Origin: Paramoeba atlantica | Lineage: Eukaryota; Protista; Discosea | DNA: 64,000 nucleotides | Direction: 5' to 3' | Assembly: GCA_977017575.1 (NCBI GenBank) | Contig: CDRNVI010000016.1 | Coordinates: 456,165-520,164, forward strand | Shown here: positions 31,307-42,270 of the stretch, piece after piece | Layout of the letters: the number at the start of each line of letters is the position of its first letter | Position numbering within the stretch: position 1 is the stretch's first letter | Program-made: the position numbers and the translations under genes | The notes under the pieces: model-generated | Seen by the model: only the letters and a program-made list of their open reading frames with translations | Told to the model about the DNA's origin: nothing | The model's database searches: none

Positions 31307-31613
31307 ACTACGCAGAGCAACAAAGCTAGGCGGCTTATACTGATTCATTAGGCGCCTTGTTCATTTCGTTCATCTCACTTACTGCATTTCATAATTGGCA
31401 TCCTTACCTTAACTATGCTTGAAAAGAGAAATCAAGGACGATACATCATAAATGAATTTCCTTTAAATTGACACATGCGCGTATTTTGCAGTCTTTAATC
31501 CCCGAAACCAAAATCTAAATTATTCAATTTCTTATCATCAGAGTTCAAAACGAATTATTGATTCACATTTTACCTCCTTTCCCCTTTTCCTCATTTTCCT
31601 CCCCAACCCATCC

Positions 31614-33698
31614 ATGCAATCCTACGCTCCGCCCGATCCCTCCGGCGCACCCCTCTCCAACCCTTCCTACTACGACTTAATGTACCAACGCGGTTCCGCG
31701 CCCCATCCCCTCCTTCCCCAACCTATCCCCCCACCCCATCACCCCCCACCTTCTTCTATCCCTCCCCTTCCACCCTCCCCCTATCCCTCCTATTCCCCCC
31801 AGCCCCCACCCCCCCCCGCCCCCTACCCCCCTGCCCCCTACCCCGACCCCTCTGCCCTGAACCCCTGGTCCCCGAGCCCCACCCCCCCTTCCCTCCCCGA
31901 CACCAGCACCAGCACCAGCGACACCACCGCCTACTACGCCGGGTTCCACGACGGCACCCTGCGCCTCAGCCCCTTCGCCCCCGGCAGCCTGGCCTCCTGG
32001 ATCGCCCCCCTCGCGGCCAACCTGCTGCTGTTCCTCGGCCCCGTGCTCTACATGCGCGCGCGCATGGCCCAGGCCGCGGCGAAGCCCGGGGCGCCCTCCT
32101 CCCCGAGCGCGCTGATGGAGATGTTCAACCCGCTGAAGTCCCGCGACTTCCGGGTCGACGTGAAGGGGACCACGTTCGCGGAGGTGATTGGGATCGAGGA
32201 GGCGAAGCGGGAGGTGCGGCAGTACGTGGATTTTCTGCGGCACCCGGAGAAGTACACGAAACTCGGGGGACGACTCCCGAAGGGGTGTCTGCTGACGGGG
32301 CGCCCGGGGACGGGGAAGACGTTGCTGGCGAAGGCCGTCGCGGGGGAGGCGGGGGTTCCGTTTTTTTGTTGCAGTGGGGCGGATTTTATTGAGGTCTTTG
32401 GGGGGAGTGGACCGAAACGGGTGCGAGAGCTGTTTGCTGCGGCGCGGGCTGCCGGAAAGTGTGTTGTTTTTATTGATGAAATTGATGCGATCGGGAGTAG
32501 AAGTAGTGGCAGGGGGATGGGCGGGGTGTCCTCGGAGGAGAATCGGACGATCAACCAACTGCTCTCTGAATTGGACGGCATGCAGAGTTCGGAGAATATT
32601 ATCGTTCTCGCGGCTACAAACTTCCCTGAAGCAATAGATAAGGCATTAATGCGCGAGGGACGCTTTGATCGCAAAGTTAATATACCAATGCCCGATGAGG
32701 CCGCTCGTGCGGACCTTTTTGAATTCTACATGAATCGAGTTACTACTGGTGATCCGAACAGTAAAATAAAGGTGGCATCTAATGCGGAAGGATCTGTCCA
32801 GAATGATCGGAATTTAAGCGAAAAGAAAGTTGATATTGCACAGGAAGTGTCCTCGAATCTTATAGTACCAGGTGTCAGCAACAAGTTAATGTCGTCGTGC
32901 TTAGCGGATCGCACGCCCGGCGTATCGCCAGCTCAAATTTCAACTATCGTAAATGAAGCGGCCCTTAGCGCCGCAGTGTCAGAGCAGAAGTATGTTTCTT
33001 TGAAATATTTTCAAGAAGCCATTGACGATGTTCTGATTGGGAAGAAGCATAGGCAACGAATGGGAGATGCAGCACTCCGCCGTACTGCATTTCATGAAAG
33101 TGGTCATTGCCTTACCGCATGGCTCAGTCCATTGCAAAAAGATGTCATCAAACTGAGCATAATTCCCCGTGGAAAGGCGGGAGGCTACACGCAGCAAGTA
33201 CAGGACGAAGCTTTGAATCCGCACACGAATGATTTTCTCTTTTCTAATCTTTGCGTACTGGCAGGTGGTAGAGTTGCTGAACAACTAATTTTTGGAGATG
33301 TGAGTACTGGAGCCATGGACGATTTACAACGCGCAACGAAACTTGCTATGGATAAGTTGCTTTTGTATGGGATGAGTGAGGCACCACGAGAATTACGCGA
33401 AGGTAAATTAGATGAAACGAAAAATCCGATTAGTAACAAATCGGGAACGATGCTTTCTTTTCAGTACGATAGTACGAAGAGCGAGGGACGCGGTTGGATG
33501 CCATTTAGCGAAAGTCATCACGCAAAGGTCGAAACTGAGGCGAAATGTATGGTAGATAGAGCGTTTGCTTATACTGAAAATTTGTTAAAACAAAATTTGA
33601 GTTTACTAACTGAACTTGCTGAGCGGCTGCTGAAAGACAAAGAGCTTGATAGGGACGCAATAATTGTTGTGCTAGGTAAACGCGACACTGTCAGCTAG
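31614..33698 (+). CDS. ftsH: FtsH-family ATP-dependent zinc metalloprotease with Pro-rich N-terminus and one TM helix
   Basis: Walker A GRPGTGKT, Walker B VFIDEID, SRH TNFPEAIDKALMREGRFDR, HESGH zinc motif, GGRVAE. Confidence 0.95.
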   Translation: MQSYAPPDPSGAPLSNPSYYDLMYQRGSAPHPLLPQPIPPPHHPPPSSIPPLPPSPYPSYSPQPPPPPAPYPPAPYPDPSALNPWSPSPTPPSLPDTSTSTSDTTAYYAGFHDGTLRLSPFAPGSLASWIAPLAANLLLFLGPVLYMRARMAQAAAKPGAPSSPSALMEMFNPLKSRDFRVDVKGTTFAEVIGIEEAKREVRQYVDFLRHPEKYTKLGGRLPKGCLLTGRPGTGKTLLAKAVAGEAGVPFFCCSGADFIEVFGGSGPKRVRELFAAARAAGKCVVFIDEIDAIGSRSSGRGMGGVSSEENRTINQLLSELDGMQSSENIIVLAATNFPEAIDKALMREGRFDRKVNIPMPDEAARADLFEFYMNRVTTGDPNSKIKVASNAEGSVQNDRNLSEKKVDIAQEVSSNLIVPGVSNKLMSSCLADRTPGVSPAQISTIVNEAALSAAVSEQKYVSLKYFQEAIDDVLIGKKHRQRMGDAALRRTAFHESGHCLTAWLSPLQKDVIKLSIIPRGKAGGYTQQVQDEALNPHTNDFLFSNLCVLAGGRVAEQLIFGDVSTGAMDDLQRATKLAMDKLLLYGMSEAPRELREGKLDETKNPISNKSGTMLSFQYDSTKSEGRGWMPFSESHHAKVETEAKCMVDRAFAYTENLLKQNLSLLTELAERLLKDKELDRDAIIVVLGKRDTVS

Positions 33699-33847
33699 GA
33701 GCAAGTACGTTCGTTGGTGCAAACATGTTCGCGTGTATGGTATCATGAAGTGTACGGAAGTGGATGTCGCATTCTGTGAATGGATTGTACACATACGGAA
33801 TGCAAGGGTATAGTGCATGTATAGTGTTTATAGTTAAATTTAAATAC

Positions 33848-33875
33848 ACATGTACATGTACGTACATGTACATGT
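33848..33875. repeat. 28-bp perfect palindrome of alternating purine-pyrimidine sequence
   Basis: ACATGTACATGTACGTACATGTACATGT equals its own reverse complement. Confidence 0.95.
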
Positions 33876-34252
33876 ACGTACTACTGTATGTATGGTAGCA
33901 GAAAGTTTTACCTTCGTGAAACGTCCTACTGTTGTAGATAAGGATTTTCCTCATCAAAAATCTGAAAAATGGGTAATAGTTCAAAGAAAATGACGACACT
34001 GGAAGATACAGAAGTACATGTTTTTCGAAGTTCTTGGAGCTTGACAGTCAAGAAGCGATACCTGCGCATATAAACGTTTACATAAATAAATGTATAAATA
34101 CACATGTTTAAATATACGTGTACATGAGTGTATCGTCTGTGAATCGACATCTATGTCAAGTATCTAACTAGATATGCTCATATGATGTTTCAAACCAACA
34201 CTTTGTTGAACTGCAGCCCTCAATGTGAGTCTGTGTGTATGTCTTCGTATGT

Positions 34253-37200
34253 ATGTCAATGACCGCCACACTCAATCGAACGCTTGGCTCGAAACCTGGG
34301 TCAAAGATGCCAAGCTATTTTAATCTTTTTCGGAGAACAGGAGCGCTTCGCATATCAGGAACGGGGGCGCATTTCTATTATCGCCTTAGTAACACTAATG
34401 ATTTGAAGACGACACCGCATTCTTTGGAATTAATACATGCCCTCCATGATTTTCAAGTAGAAGGATCAATAGTCCTGTTGTATTCCATAGGTTACTTGTT
34501 GCTCGACAAGCCTGGAGCAATGACACTTTCAAACTTGTGGAAACAACTAAATACGTGTTCCCATGTATTGCCCATTCTCAAACAGGGAGGGCTGCTCCCA
34601 GAATCTTCGTCTTCCGGTTCAAATGGTCTGAGAATAACGTACAGTGACTGCTTGAAAACGCACGGAAATACAGTTGAATGTTTGTACAACCTGCTGGTTT
34701 CGCATCCTCGAATCTATAAGATAACTTTGCCTTGGCTCCACCACAAATCGACACACGATTCCCAGCCGGGTAGACCTACTCAAACTTTACGGAGACATCA
34801 AGATGTCGAAATACTGGAAAATGTAGAGCAGAACAAACCAAACATTAGAAAGAGCGCACGTCCGTTGTCGGCTGTGCCATTAGAGTCTTCATCAAAGCGA
34901 GATGTTTCCTCTCTGGAAAACCTGACCACTAGAAACAGCATGTCGTCGGATAGCCCTAGATCATTGTCTTTAACTCCTGTTATCCGTAATCATGGAGATG
35001 CACTAGTAGAGTTTTCTACAGATGTGTCAGTTCTCCGATGCATTTTTCGGGCGTTTAGCAAGTCTGCTCTTCTCGTCAATCAATGCCTTGATAGCAATTC
35101 ATCTTCGCTTTCAATGAGCCTTTGTACTTGCGACGTTAGAAACCTGAGTAGCTGTCTGGACAAACCAACACATTCCTATATGGCTTTACGCGGACATAGT
35201 TCTCTAGCAACATTCGCCATTCGTAATCTGTATAACTTTTTCGTCTTCAAGTGTGAATCGAATACGTCGCATAATTGTTGGACATCGTATCCTGATAACA
35301 ATGTCATGTGTACGCATATGTGGCCAATTGGGAACCTTCCTGGGATTCGCTTTCGCTCCAAACACTATCTGCTGAACTGGCCTCCGGATCAATTTAGCGA
35401 CAGTACATCAATCTCAAGTCCTGCACTGTCTTTTGAGAAGCTACGCAGAGCAATCACAGTAAAAAGCAATAATCCAAAGACCCACACAAACATAGATCCT
35501 TTGGATGTTCCATGGCTATGGCTACTCAGTCCCTTGGAGAACTCTCATCCATGGCAATCACGATTTCTTATATTAGACGTAATAAAACGCATGTTGTTGG
35601 GAGTTGCCGAGGAATCAACTGCTTTGATTCTTTCCCAGGCGATAGGTACTGCAATGTGTTTAGGGCTGTCGTCAAAAGCTCGTTTACTCTTCAATAAATG
35701 TAACATAGATTTGCAAGACTTGTGTCTGAAATTTGGGAGCTTTTACGAAATTTCTTTATTGCAGTATACAAAATGCGTGAAACGGTACGGCAGGTTGATT
35801 GGATTACTGCTAGAATCTGAAGATAAAAATCGTGATCACGAGCCGATTGAAAAGAGATTGGTACGGCGCTGCAAGTCCCTATTTTCTGCTGACGCCGAAC
35901 TCGAATCAACTTCCAAAATTGAAGTGATCCACAATCTTGATCAGGAGGATGGAACAGGGACAGTGCCCTTGTACCTAAGTTTTAGACAGTATTCTAATGA
36001 ATTGCTTCAATGGCTGCAAAGTCTTATACCTACCGAGTGGACCTCACATTCTAATCTTTCATATAAACTAAAGTCAGCCAATATAGGATTTTCCATACAT
36101 AAAAGAAAGCACTTTATCTACGCCATGATACACTTCTCTACTCATTTTGATCTTTCAATCGGGTACGCAAGGACGGATGGACGATACAATGAAGGACGCG
36201 TTTCCTTTGAATTTTATGTTAGGAGGAAACTCAAGGATTGGTCTATATTTCGACCTTCCACCACGAAAATGCAACGTTGTTGTTTAGTTGACTCCATATT
36301 TTGGTTTAGAGAAAAATCCAAATTAGTAACAAGTGAAACGCTGCAATATTTACTCGCCTTGCACCTGTCTCTAATTTTTCCGAATTGTTGCTTAATCCCC
36401 TTCAATATTGCTTTAAGCAATCTTCCGGAATCGCTGAAAACGGTTATGTCTCATCTAGCTGTATGTCCTGAAACTTTGATTCGATCTTATCCTAAATTCT
36501 TTGAAATTTATTATACTAAGAAATCAGCATTGGAGGTCAGAAGTCGGCTAGCTGTGTATAAAACGAACCCTGACGAAACTTCAGATTCCCGAATTTGTTG
36601 TATTGAATGTTGTCCTAAGGAAGTCTCTGCAGTCCACGGATTTTGTCTTACTGATGCATATCTGTTTGAAAAATATGATCTGTTTTCACACCCCGTATCC
36701 TTTTTGATGCGCGAAGAATCTAACAAGATATCTAGTGTCTCTACGTGGAAAATTGCGAGGGATAAATTTCGGCACCAATACATCCAATTTCCAGCAAAAG
36801 ACACAGGGCATCAATATTACTCAAGCGAAGAAAATCTTGGGAAAATAGAGACTAAAACAGACACAGACAGTTCGCAAATTAATGACGAAAGTAAGTCGAC
36901 AAACTTTGTAAGGAAGCGCGAAATGTTTTTGTGTAATCCTATAGCGCAGAGGGTTGTTTTGGTGGGGACAATTTGCGATGTTATTCAAAATATGACCTTG
37001 TCAAGTACAACTGCTCGAGAATGCAAGCAAACGTTCACAAACAATAGTGTTTCCATACCAGATTCAGATATACAAGAACATTACTTGGTTAAGGGGATGT
37101 TTAAGAATCTTGTTCCCGCCAAAGACATTGTATTAGCTCTTTCTAACCGCGAACAATTAATTTTGACGAAGCTTGTCGCGCAATGGAGTGACATGGAGGA

Positions 37201-38860
37201 GGATCTTTTAGAGTTATCCACAGTATGTGCACAAGATACAATAGCTGCACCTTTGTATAAAGAATCCAAAGTTACAAACAACCTCGAAATGGATCATCTA
37301 TCAGAATCGGCCAACGAAGGAACTGTATGCTTTTTCTGTTCGAAGTATCCCAATATTTTTTATTCTGACTCTCGGCGCAAATTGATAGGGTTGCATTCCA
37401 ATTTTGTTTATAAACCAGGAATAACTTTCGCAGCGAATTCTGATGTAAATGATCTTCAACTCGCCACATCTTTGGATAAAAAGAAACGAGAAAAGCAGAA
37501 TTCTCCAACTTTCAACACTTCACATCTATCACAGACATCGTTTTTGTCCTCTATCTACCGTCATTGGAACAGACCCCAATTTGAAAGTCTTTTGACCACT
37601 ATGCTCGCCCATTGGCCTTCTAGAGAATTGGCCCGCACCAAAATCTTTAAGGATCGTAGGGCACTAAGTCAAAGGCAGGTAAGTGAACTTTATCACGCAG
37701 AAATTGCTTCAGATCAACATATTATCGAACGTAGACATCTCGCCTTGTGTCAATCGAATATGGAAAATCGCGGTTTACATTATCCTGAGCAGATTGCTAG
37801 ACGTGTGGAAGCGGAAATTCCTATCAAAGGCGAAATACGATGGTCCGCGCTTTGGCGTAGATTGGATTCAGAAACTCGGTTATCGATTCCTCGTAGAATA
37901 ACCAATTTTTTAACGTGTTTCCCAGAGCTCATACAGTACCGCGTGTTACAGGGAAGTCTCCTGCTTTCCCGTCCATCATATAATTTCGGTGATGATACGG
38001 ACGAAAAGGCGGTCGCACTTACCAGGAAGCATTCTTATTCCAATAAGCTACCTATAGGGCATGATTATATAAATTACAAGTTATGTCCCAATGTTACTCG
38101 AAACGGCTTTTCTAAATTACTTCTGTTTTGTATTTTGCCTCTTCAAAAAATTTCATTGCAGCGACTTTTACAAAGTTGTCCGGCAAGCCTGAATTTAAAC
38201 CCCAAACAATTTGAGAGAGACACTGACAAAATCGAAATCACGTATTCTGAACGGTGCCCAACGCACATTCGCAGGACGGTTGCTAATGATATAGAAGGCC
38301 TTCAAAATTTCTGCGCATCAGATAATTCTAGCTTTGCAAAAAATGTTTCAAGCCTCACAAGGCGAGATGTACTAATTCTTCGCCAAATAGTTGATACCTT
38401 AGTACACAGAAAGGGTATGAATAAATTTCTATCCGGAAGAGAGGTGCTGGGAATTATTCACTCGCATTTTTCACAACCAGACCTCCTGAGCCACATTATA
38501 TTACTCGCTCGCAAAATCTCTTCCGTTCTGCATGTCAACGAGGTTGTTAAAACAATTTATCCCAATCATGAGGACTCACAATTGGAGCATAACCTAGATT
38601 TGACTACAATCAAATTTGCCGATAGATACGTAGCTAGAAAATACATCGCAAGGAATTGGGAAATTGCTTGTTTAGCCCATTCCTCCGCACTTAATATGAA
38701 GAATTCGGGAGGTAAATTAGAACTATCACATTTTTACGACAAAATTCTCGATGCTAATATGAGAAAGAAGATGCAACGGGATGATGTCCAATGGATTTTA
38801 GAGCACTGTCCTTACATGCATATGAAGGCGACAACAATAGAGGTCAATGAATTTATCTGA
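34253..38860 (+). CDS. About 1530-aa hypothetical protein with several degenerate winged-helix/LOTUS-like segments (start ATG 34253 or 34307)
   Basis: Uninterrupted 4.6-kb ORF; recurrent pattern such as IRWSALWRRLDSETRLSIPRRITNFLTCFPELI and LSNLWKQL…LYNLLVSHPRIYKI. Domain call is weak. Confidence 0.8.
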   Translation: MSMTATLNRTLGSKPGSKMPSYFNLFRRTGALRISGTGAHFYYRLSNTNDLKTTPHSLELIHALHDFQVEGSIVLLYSIGYLLLDKPGAMTLSNLWKQLNTCSHVLPILKQGGLLPESSSSGSNGLRITYSDCLKTHGNTVECLYNLLVSHPRIYKITLPWLHHKSTHDSQPGRPTQTLRRHQDVEILENVEQNKPNIRKSARPLSAVPLESSSKRDVSSLENLTTRNSMSSDSPRSLSLTPVIRNHGDALVEFSTDVSVLRCIFRAFSKSALLVNQCLDSNSSSLSMSLCTCDVRNLSSCLDKPTHSYMALRGHSSLATFAIRNLYNFFVFKCESNTSHNCWTSYPDNNVMCTHMWPIGNLPGIRFRSKHYLLNWPPDQFSDSTSISSPALSFEKLRRAITVKSNNPKTHTNIDPLDVPWLWLLSPLENSHPWQSRFLILDVIKRMLLGVAEESTALILSQAIGTAMCLGLSSKARLLFNKCNIDLQDLCLKFGSFYEISLLQYTKCVKRYGRLIGLLLESEDKNRDHEPIEKRLVRRCKSLFSADAELESTSKIEVIHNLDQEDGTGTVPLYLSFRQYSNELLQWLQSLIPTEWTSHSNLSYKLKSANIGFSIHKRKHFIYAMIHFSTHFDLSIGYARTDGRYNEGRVSFEFYVRRKLKDWSIFRPSTTKMQRCCLVDSIFWFREKSKLVTSETLQYLLALHLSLIFPNCCLIPFNIALSNLPESLKTVMSHLAVCPETLIRSYPKFFEIYYTKKSALEVRSRLAVYKTNPDETSDSRICCIECCPKEVSAVHGFCLTDAYLFEKYDLFSHPVSFLMREESNKISSVSTWKIARDKFRHQYIQFPAKDTGHQYYSSEENLGKIETKTDTDSSQINDESKSTNFVRKREMFLCNPIAQRVVLVGTICDVIQNMTLSSTTARECKQTFTNNSVSIPDSDIQEHYLVKGMFKNLVPAKDIVLALSNREQLILTKLVAQWSDMEEDLLELSTVCAQDTIAAPLYKESKVTNNLEMDHLSESANEGTVCFFCSKYPNIFYSDSRRKLIGLHSNFVYKPGITFAANSDVNDLQLATSLDKKKREKQNSPTFNTSHLSQTSFLSSIYRHWNRPQFESLLTTMLAHWPSRELARTKIFKDRRALSQRQVSELYHAEIASDQHIIERRHLALCQSNMENRGLHYPEQIARRVEAEIPIKGEIRWSALWRRLDSETRLSIPRRITNFLTCFPELIQYRVLQGSLLLSRPSYNFGDDTDEKAVALTRKHSYSNKLPIGHDYINYKLCPNVTRNGFSKLLLFCILPLQKISLQRLLQSCPASLNLNPKQFERDTDKIEITYSERCPTHIRRTVANDIEGLQNFCASDNSSFAKNVSSLTRRDVLILRQIVDTLVHRKGMNKFLSGREVLGIIHSHFSQPDLLSHIILLARKISSVLHVNEVVKTIYPNHEDSQLEHNLDLTTIKFADRYVARKYIARNWEIACLAHSSALNMKNSGGKLELSHFYDKILDANMRKKMQRDDVQWILEHCPYMHMKATTIEVNEFI

Positions 38861-39272
38861 AAAGTTATGATCCAAGAAAATACCTTCCATTTCAAGTTAT
38901 CGGGGCTAGCGAATGCGGGGAGAGAAACGTTTGTACATCAGATGTATTAAGCACATGTACATACACTTATCGTTTAATTTTAAATTTCATAAATTTTATG
39001 ACAGATGCTAGAGCTTTTTCCATGGAATGATCTGATGATCACTTTCATGAAGAGCAAACGTATGCATTGTTCGACGGGGCAGTTAAGATTGCATTTGTAA
39101 CATTACAACATTAATAAATTTATATTACTAAATTTATATTATTACTTATACTGGCTATATTATTCTCAAGTAGAAAAGATAAAATAACTGAAAAGATAAT
39201 AACTGAAACTTGCTTCCAGTTCTGCCTTTAATAACATATTACGTACCAGTAACGTATTACATACCACCTTAT

Positions 39273-40844
39273 ATGGGCATTACTCACACCACAAAAGAGA
39301 ATAGGCGGCAAAGTCGGCTTCGAAAGCTTCCTCGATTAGAACGCCTTGCAAAAATGGCGCAGCTGAAGAAAAAGCAGCGCAGAATTTTGAATTCTGACGA
39401 GAATCATGCTCTTCTTATGAATAGCGAGCAAGGCCAGCTACTACGTTTGCACGAAAACATCCGGCAGAAACGCGCAACTAACCGTTCGGAGAGCATAGAT
39501 GCAGTTCTAGGAATTATAGAAACTGAATTCCATAAATACTGTCGCAGTTCAAAGGTATCGCGTGTAATACAAAGTTGCATTAAATACGCGACAAAAAGTC
39601 AACTTCTTCGCATCTACAATCTCTTACTACATCCGAATTCTGTGAAACCTGGCGAAGGTCTCGAGATGCGAAGTGAAGATGCTTTTTTGCCTACTTCCCT
39701 ATCTGATTCGATATTCTCATCACTCACTCAGGACACCTGCGCAGTACATGTTTTTGGGGCACTTGTTCGTCACTCCACACATGCCTTGTACTTATCACTA
39801 TACAAATGCTTTCTTCCTCGTATACATCTTCTTGCACGTTCGACTGCCGGAGCGGGCTTGCTTGACATTTTATATCGAAGCACATATTGTTCCGCAGAAA
39901 AAAGGAATTATTTGATTTGCGGGATCATTTTAGGATCTGAAACTGCTCTGAGCGATAAGCTCTGGAACAAGCCCATGTCCAAAGGTAAAATAATAGATGA
40001 CATGACTGGCATGCAATTAACTAATACGAAACACGGAGTCCCGAAGGACAAGGAGATTCTTTTCTTTAGCCAGAAAATGACTAGAGAACAATTCGAATCT
40101 CTAATGCATTGTTGTGATTCCTCTCTTTCGAAAGCAAAGTCGGAAAATAAAATTGTGTACGAAATATGTTACATTGCGCTAGAGCTTGCTGAACAGTTCC
40201 AAGAGCAACAGTGGCGGAAAGAGCTGCTACTTGCGCTACGGCCTAGGCTTCTCGAATGCGCTAGTATATCTAGGACTGCTTCAATACTATCATCAAACTA
40301 TTTTTGTGAATGTTCGCCGAAGGAACGCCGTGCGTTTCTACAAAATATATGCCCACACGTCGTAGAATTCGTCAGTTCATTTCATGGTGCTCCATTTATT
40401 TCTTCTCTTATTGCACAGCAAAAGGATCATCAAGTAGCGCTAAAAAACATTTTAAAGCCGATAACCGATAACATGGACCGACTTATTTCGGACGATAGCT
40501 TATTTCGTCACTTCGGAAAATTTCTTTTAAATATTCTGCGGCAAATATTCAAGGCAAATATTTTGTTTGACACCTGGCGACAATATCCCCTTGGATCAGG
40601 GGATCCAGAGGTTATTAGTCGATATTCATACGCTGCGAGTATTGTGCTTCCAAGTTTTCTCACCACACTTAAAAAACAAAGTGCGGAATCTTTTGTGAAT
40701 GCGGGGAACATGCGTCAGATTCTAGAATTTCTAAAAAAGAAATTGACTCTCAACGATAAGATGCAATTTTCCACTGAACTTTACCATATTTTATTCGAGC
40801 TTAGCGAATGGCTGAAAGCCTTAGACAGCAAGTTAGTTGCTTAG
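39273..40844 (+). CDS. Nucleolar Pumilio-like protein, Puf6/PUM3 type
   Basis: SRVIQSCIKYATKSQLLRIYNLL matches the PUM3/Puf6 SRVIQxxxxYG…R repeat; basic N-terminus; helical repeats. Confidence 0.75.
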   Translation: MGITHTTKENRRQSRLRKLPRLERLAKMAQLKKKQRRILNSDENHALLMNSEQGQLLRLHENIRQKRATNRSESIDAVLGIIETEFHKYCRSSKVSRVIQSCIKYATKSQLLRIYNLLLHPNSVKPGEGLEMRSEDAFLPTSLSDSIFSSLTQDTCAVHVFGALVRHSTHALYLSLYKCFLPRIHLLARSTAGAGLLDILYRSTYCSAEKRNYLICGIILGSETALSDKLWNKPMSKGKIIDDMTGMQLTNTKHGVPKDKEILFFSQKMTREQFESLMHCCDSSLSKAKSENKIVYEICYIALELAEQFQEQQWRKELLLALRPRLLECASISRTASILSSNYFCECSPKERRAFLQNICPHVVEFVSSFHGAPFISSLIAQQKDHQVALKNILKPITDNMDRLISDDSLFRHFGKFLLNILRQIFKANILFDTWRQYPLGSGDPEVISRYSYAASIVLPSFLTTLKKQSAESFVNAGNMRQILEFLKKKLTLNDKMQFSTELYHILFELSEWLKALDSKLVA

Positions 40845-41320
40845 CATACTCTACAATTCCTTTTTTTCCACGATTTAAGCTACACTGATATGCGATTTAC
40901 ATCTCACAAAGTAACTCGTATGTCTCATTATATCGATCTACTCATTCAAATGGTTTAATCATACTTTTAACAAACACAATATATAGGCGTGCAATCTCTT
41001 ATAGGGGTTATACTTGTAAGGGTATCTTCGCCTACCATACCCATACTTTGAACGAGTTTATCCCTCATTGACATTTGAAATTAACATTCAAGGAAAGGAC
41101 TTTCCAACCATCATTCATTTTGATTTTGAAATGCTATTTATGTTTTTGAGCTTACCACTATCATTCATACGTGTAATGTATCGTGGTATGTGTAATGAAC
41201 ATAAATGCTAAGATACATGAATCTCGTCCCGCTTCAGTGTACTGTCAAAATTACGATCAAGCAAATGATGGGGTTTTATAACAAAAATATACATGTATAA
41301 CAGAGGAACAACGAAACACC

Positions 41321-42010
41321 ATGTCTTTCAGCTTTGAGGAGAGTTTTCTCCCGGAAACGAAGTCGGATTCCGAAATTCGAAAACGATCACTAGAAGGTAA
41401 TGTTCAGTCGAAGGAGAATTCCTCGGGAACATTCGAACATTCGAGCGAGGTATCTTGTAACAAGACGACCATAATTTCAGGGGTAGATAATGTTTTGTCT
41501 TTTGTATGCCATAGCCTCCGTGAACTAATTACCAATCCAACAAGGGAATGCTGTAACGGCGTTAGGCAGCGGAGTTCACATAATTTACAATCTTCGCATC
41601 AAGGCACCCAGAGTTGTTTTCCTTTCCTTTGTTCTCATTCTGATGAAGTCGCCACTGATGTAAATAATCCGAAAAAAAAGAGAAGGGTTACTGCACATGC
41701 ACTTGAAAAGGCAAGTTGTGGTAGTCAGACAACCACAACCCATCGAGGTAACGCAACTAACTCGAATCAAGCCAGTGATAGGGAAAATTTTTGCCGAGTT
41801 TTGCATAAACTGCGGACCGTTATTTTTACACGTACTATTCCAACAGAGAAAAAGGTTCAGTGCGATCTTCGCGAGGTTCTGAATCCTGTCAGCTGTGTCA
41901 AATTAAACAACAGAAGTGTGAAAAAGGAAATGATTATTCCCAAGTTAAGACCCCTGAAGGATTCAATGGGGGTTCATGTAGATTCCCGTTTCGAATATAC
42001 ACCACTTTAA
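41321..42010 (+). CDS. 229-aa hypothetical protein with NLS-like PKKKRR
   Basis: ATG-initiated ORF on the cluster strand; no domain recognised. Confidence 0.65.
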   Translation: MSFSFEESFLPETKSDSEIRKRSLEGNVQSKENSSGTFEHSSEVSCNKTTIISGVDNVLSFVCHSLRELITNPTRECCNGVRQRSSHNLQSSHQGTQSCFPFLCSHSDEVATDVNNPKKKRRVTAHALEKASCGSQTTTTHRGNATNSNQASDRENFCRVLHKLRTVIFTRTIPTEKKVQCDLREVLNPVSCVKLNNRSVKKEMIIPKLRPLKDSMGVHVDSRFEYTPL

Positions 42011-42270
42011 CTAATTGGAAAAAAACGATACGCACAGCAGCTTGCTAATAGTACTAATGTACCCAGGTTCGACACGCAGTACATGGACAAGTCCTTATGA
42101 TATTATAAGATGGTGCGAATTTCATCTCAGATTTTGTTCTATTAATTTACATGTATTTATTGACCTAGGTGAATTAAAGTACTAATTTTTATTTTCTAGT
42201 TTCTTAAAATACATAATAATCTAGAATATTTTGGTAATTACTCTACTAATAATTTCGACTATCGCATTGC

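Noticed and set aside
31570-32620. GC island as contaminant or host DNA mis-joined into the contig
   Set aside because: The FtsH frame and motifs run continuously across both edges, GC decays gradually, and similar islands occur in other genes. Only long reads would fully exclude it.
31677-32674. Long minus-strand ORFs (293 aa and 208 aa) opposite FtsH
   Set aside because: Stop codons are rare in this very GC-rich island, and the translations are low-complexity mirrors of the FtsH codons.
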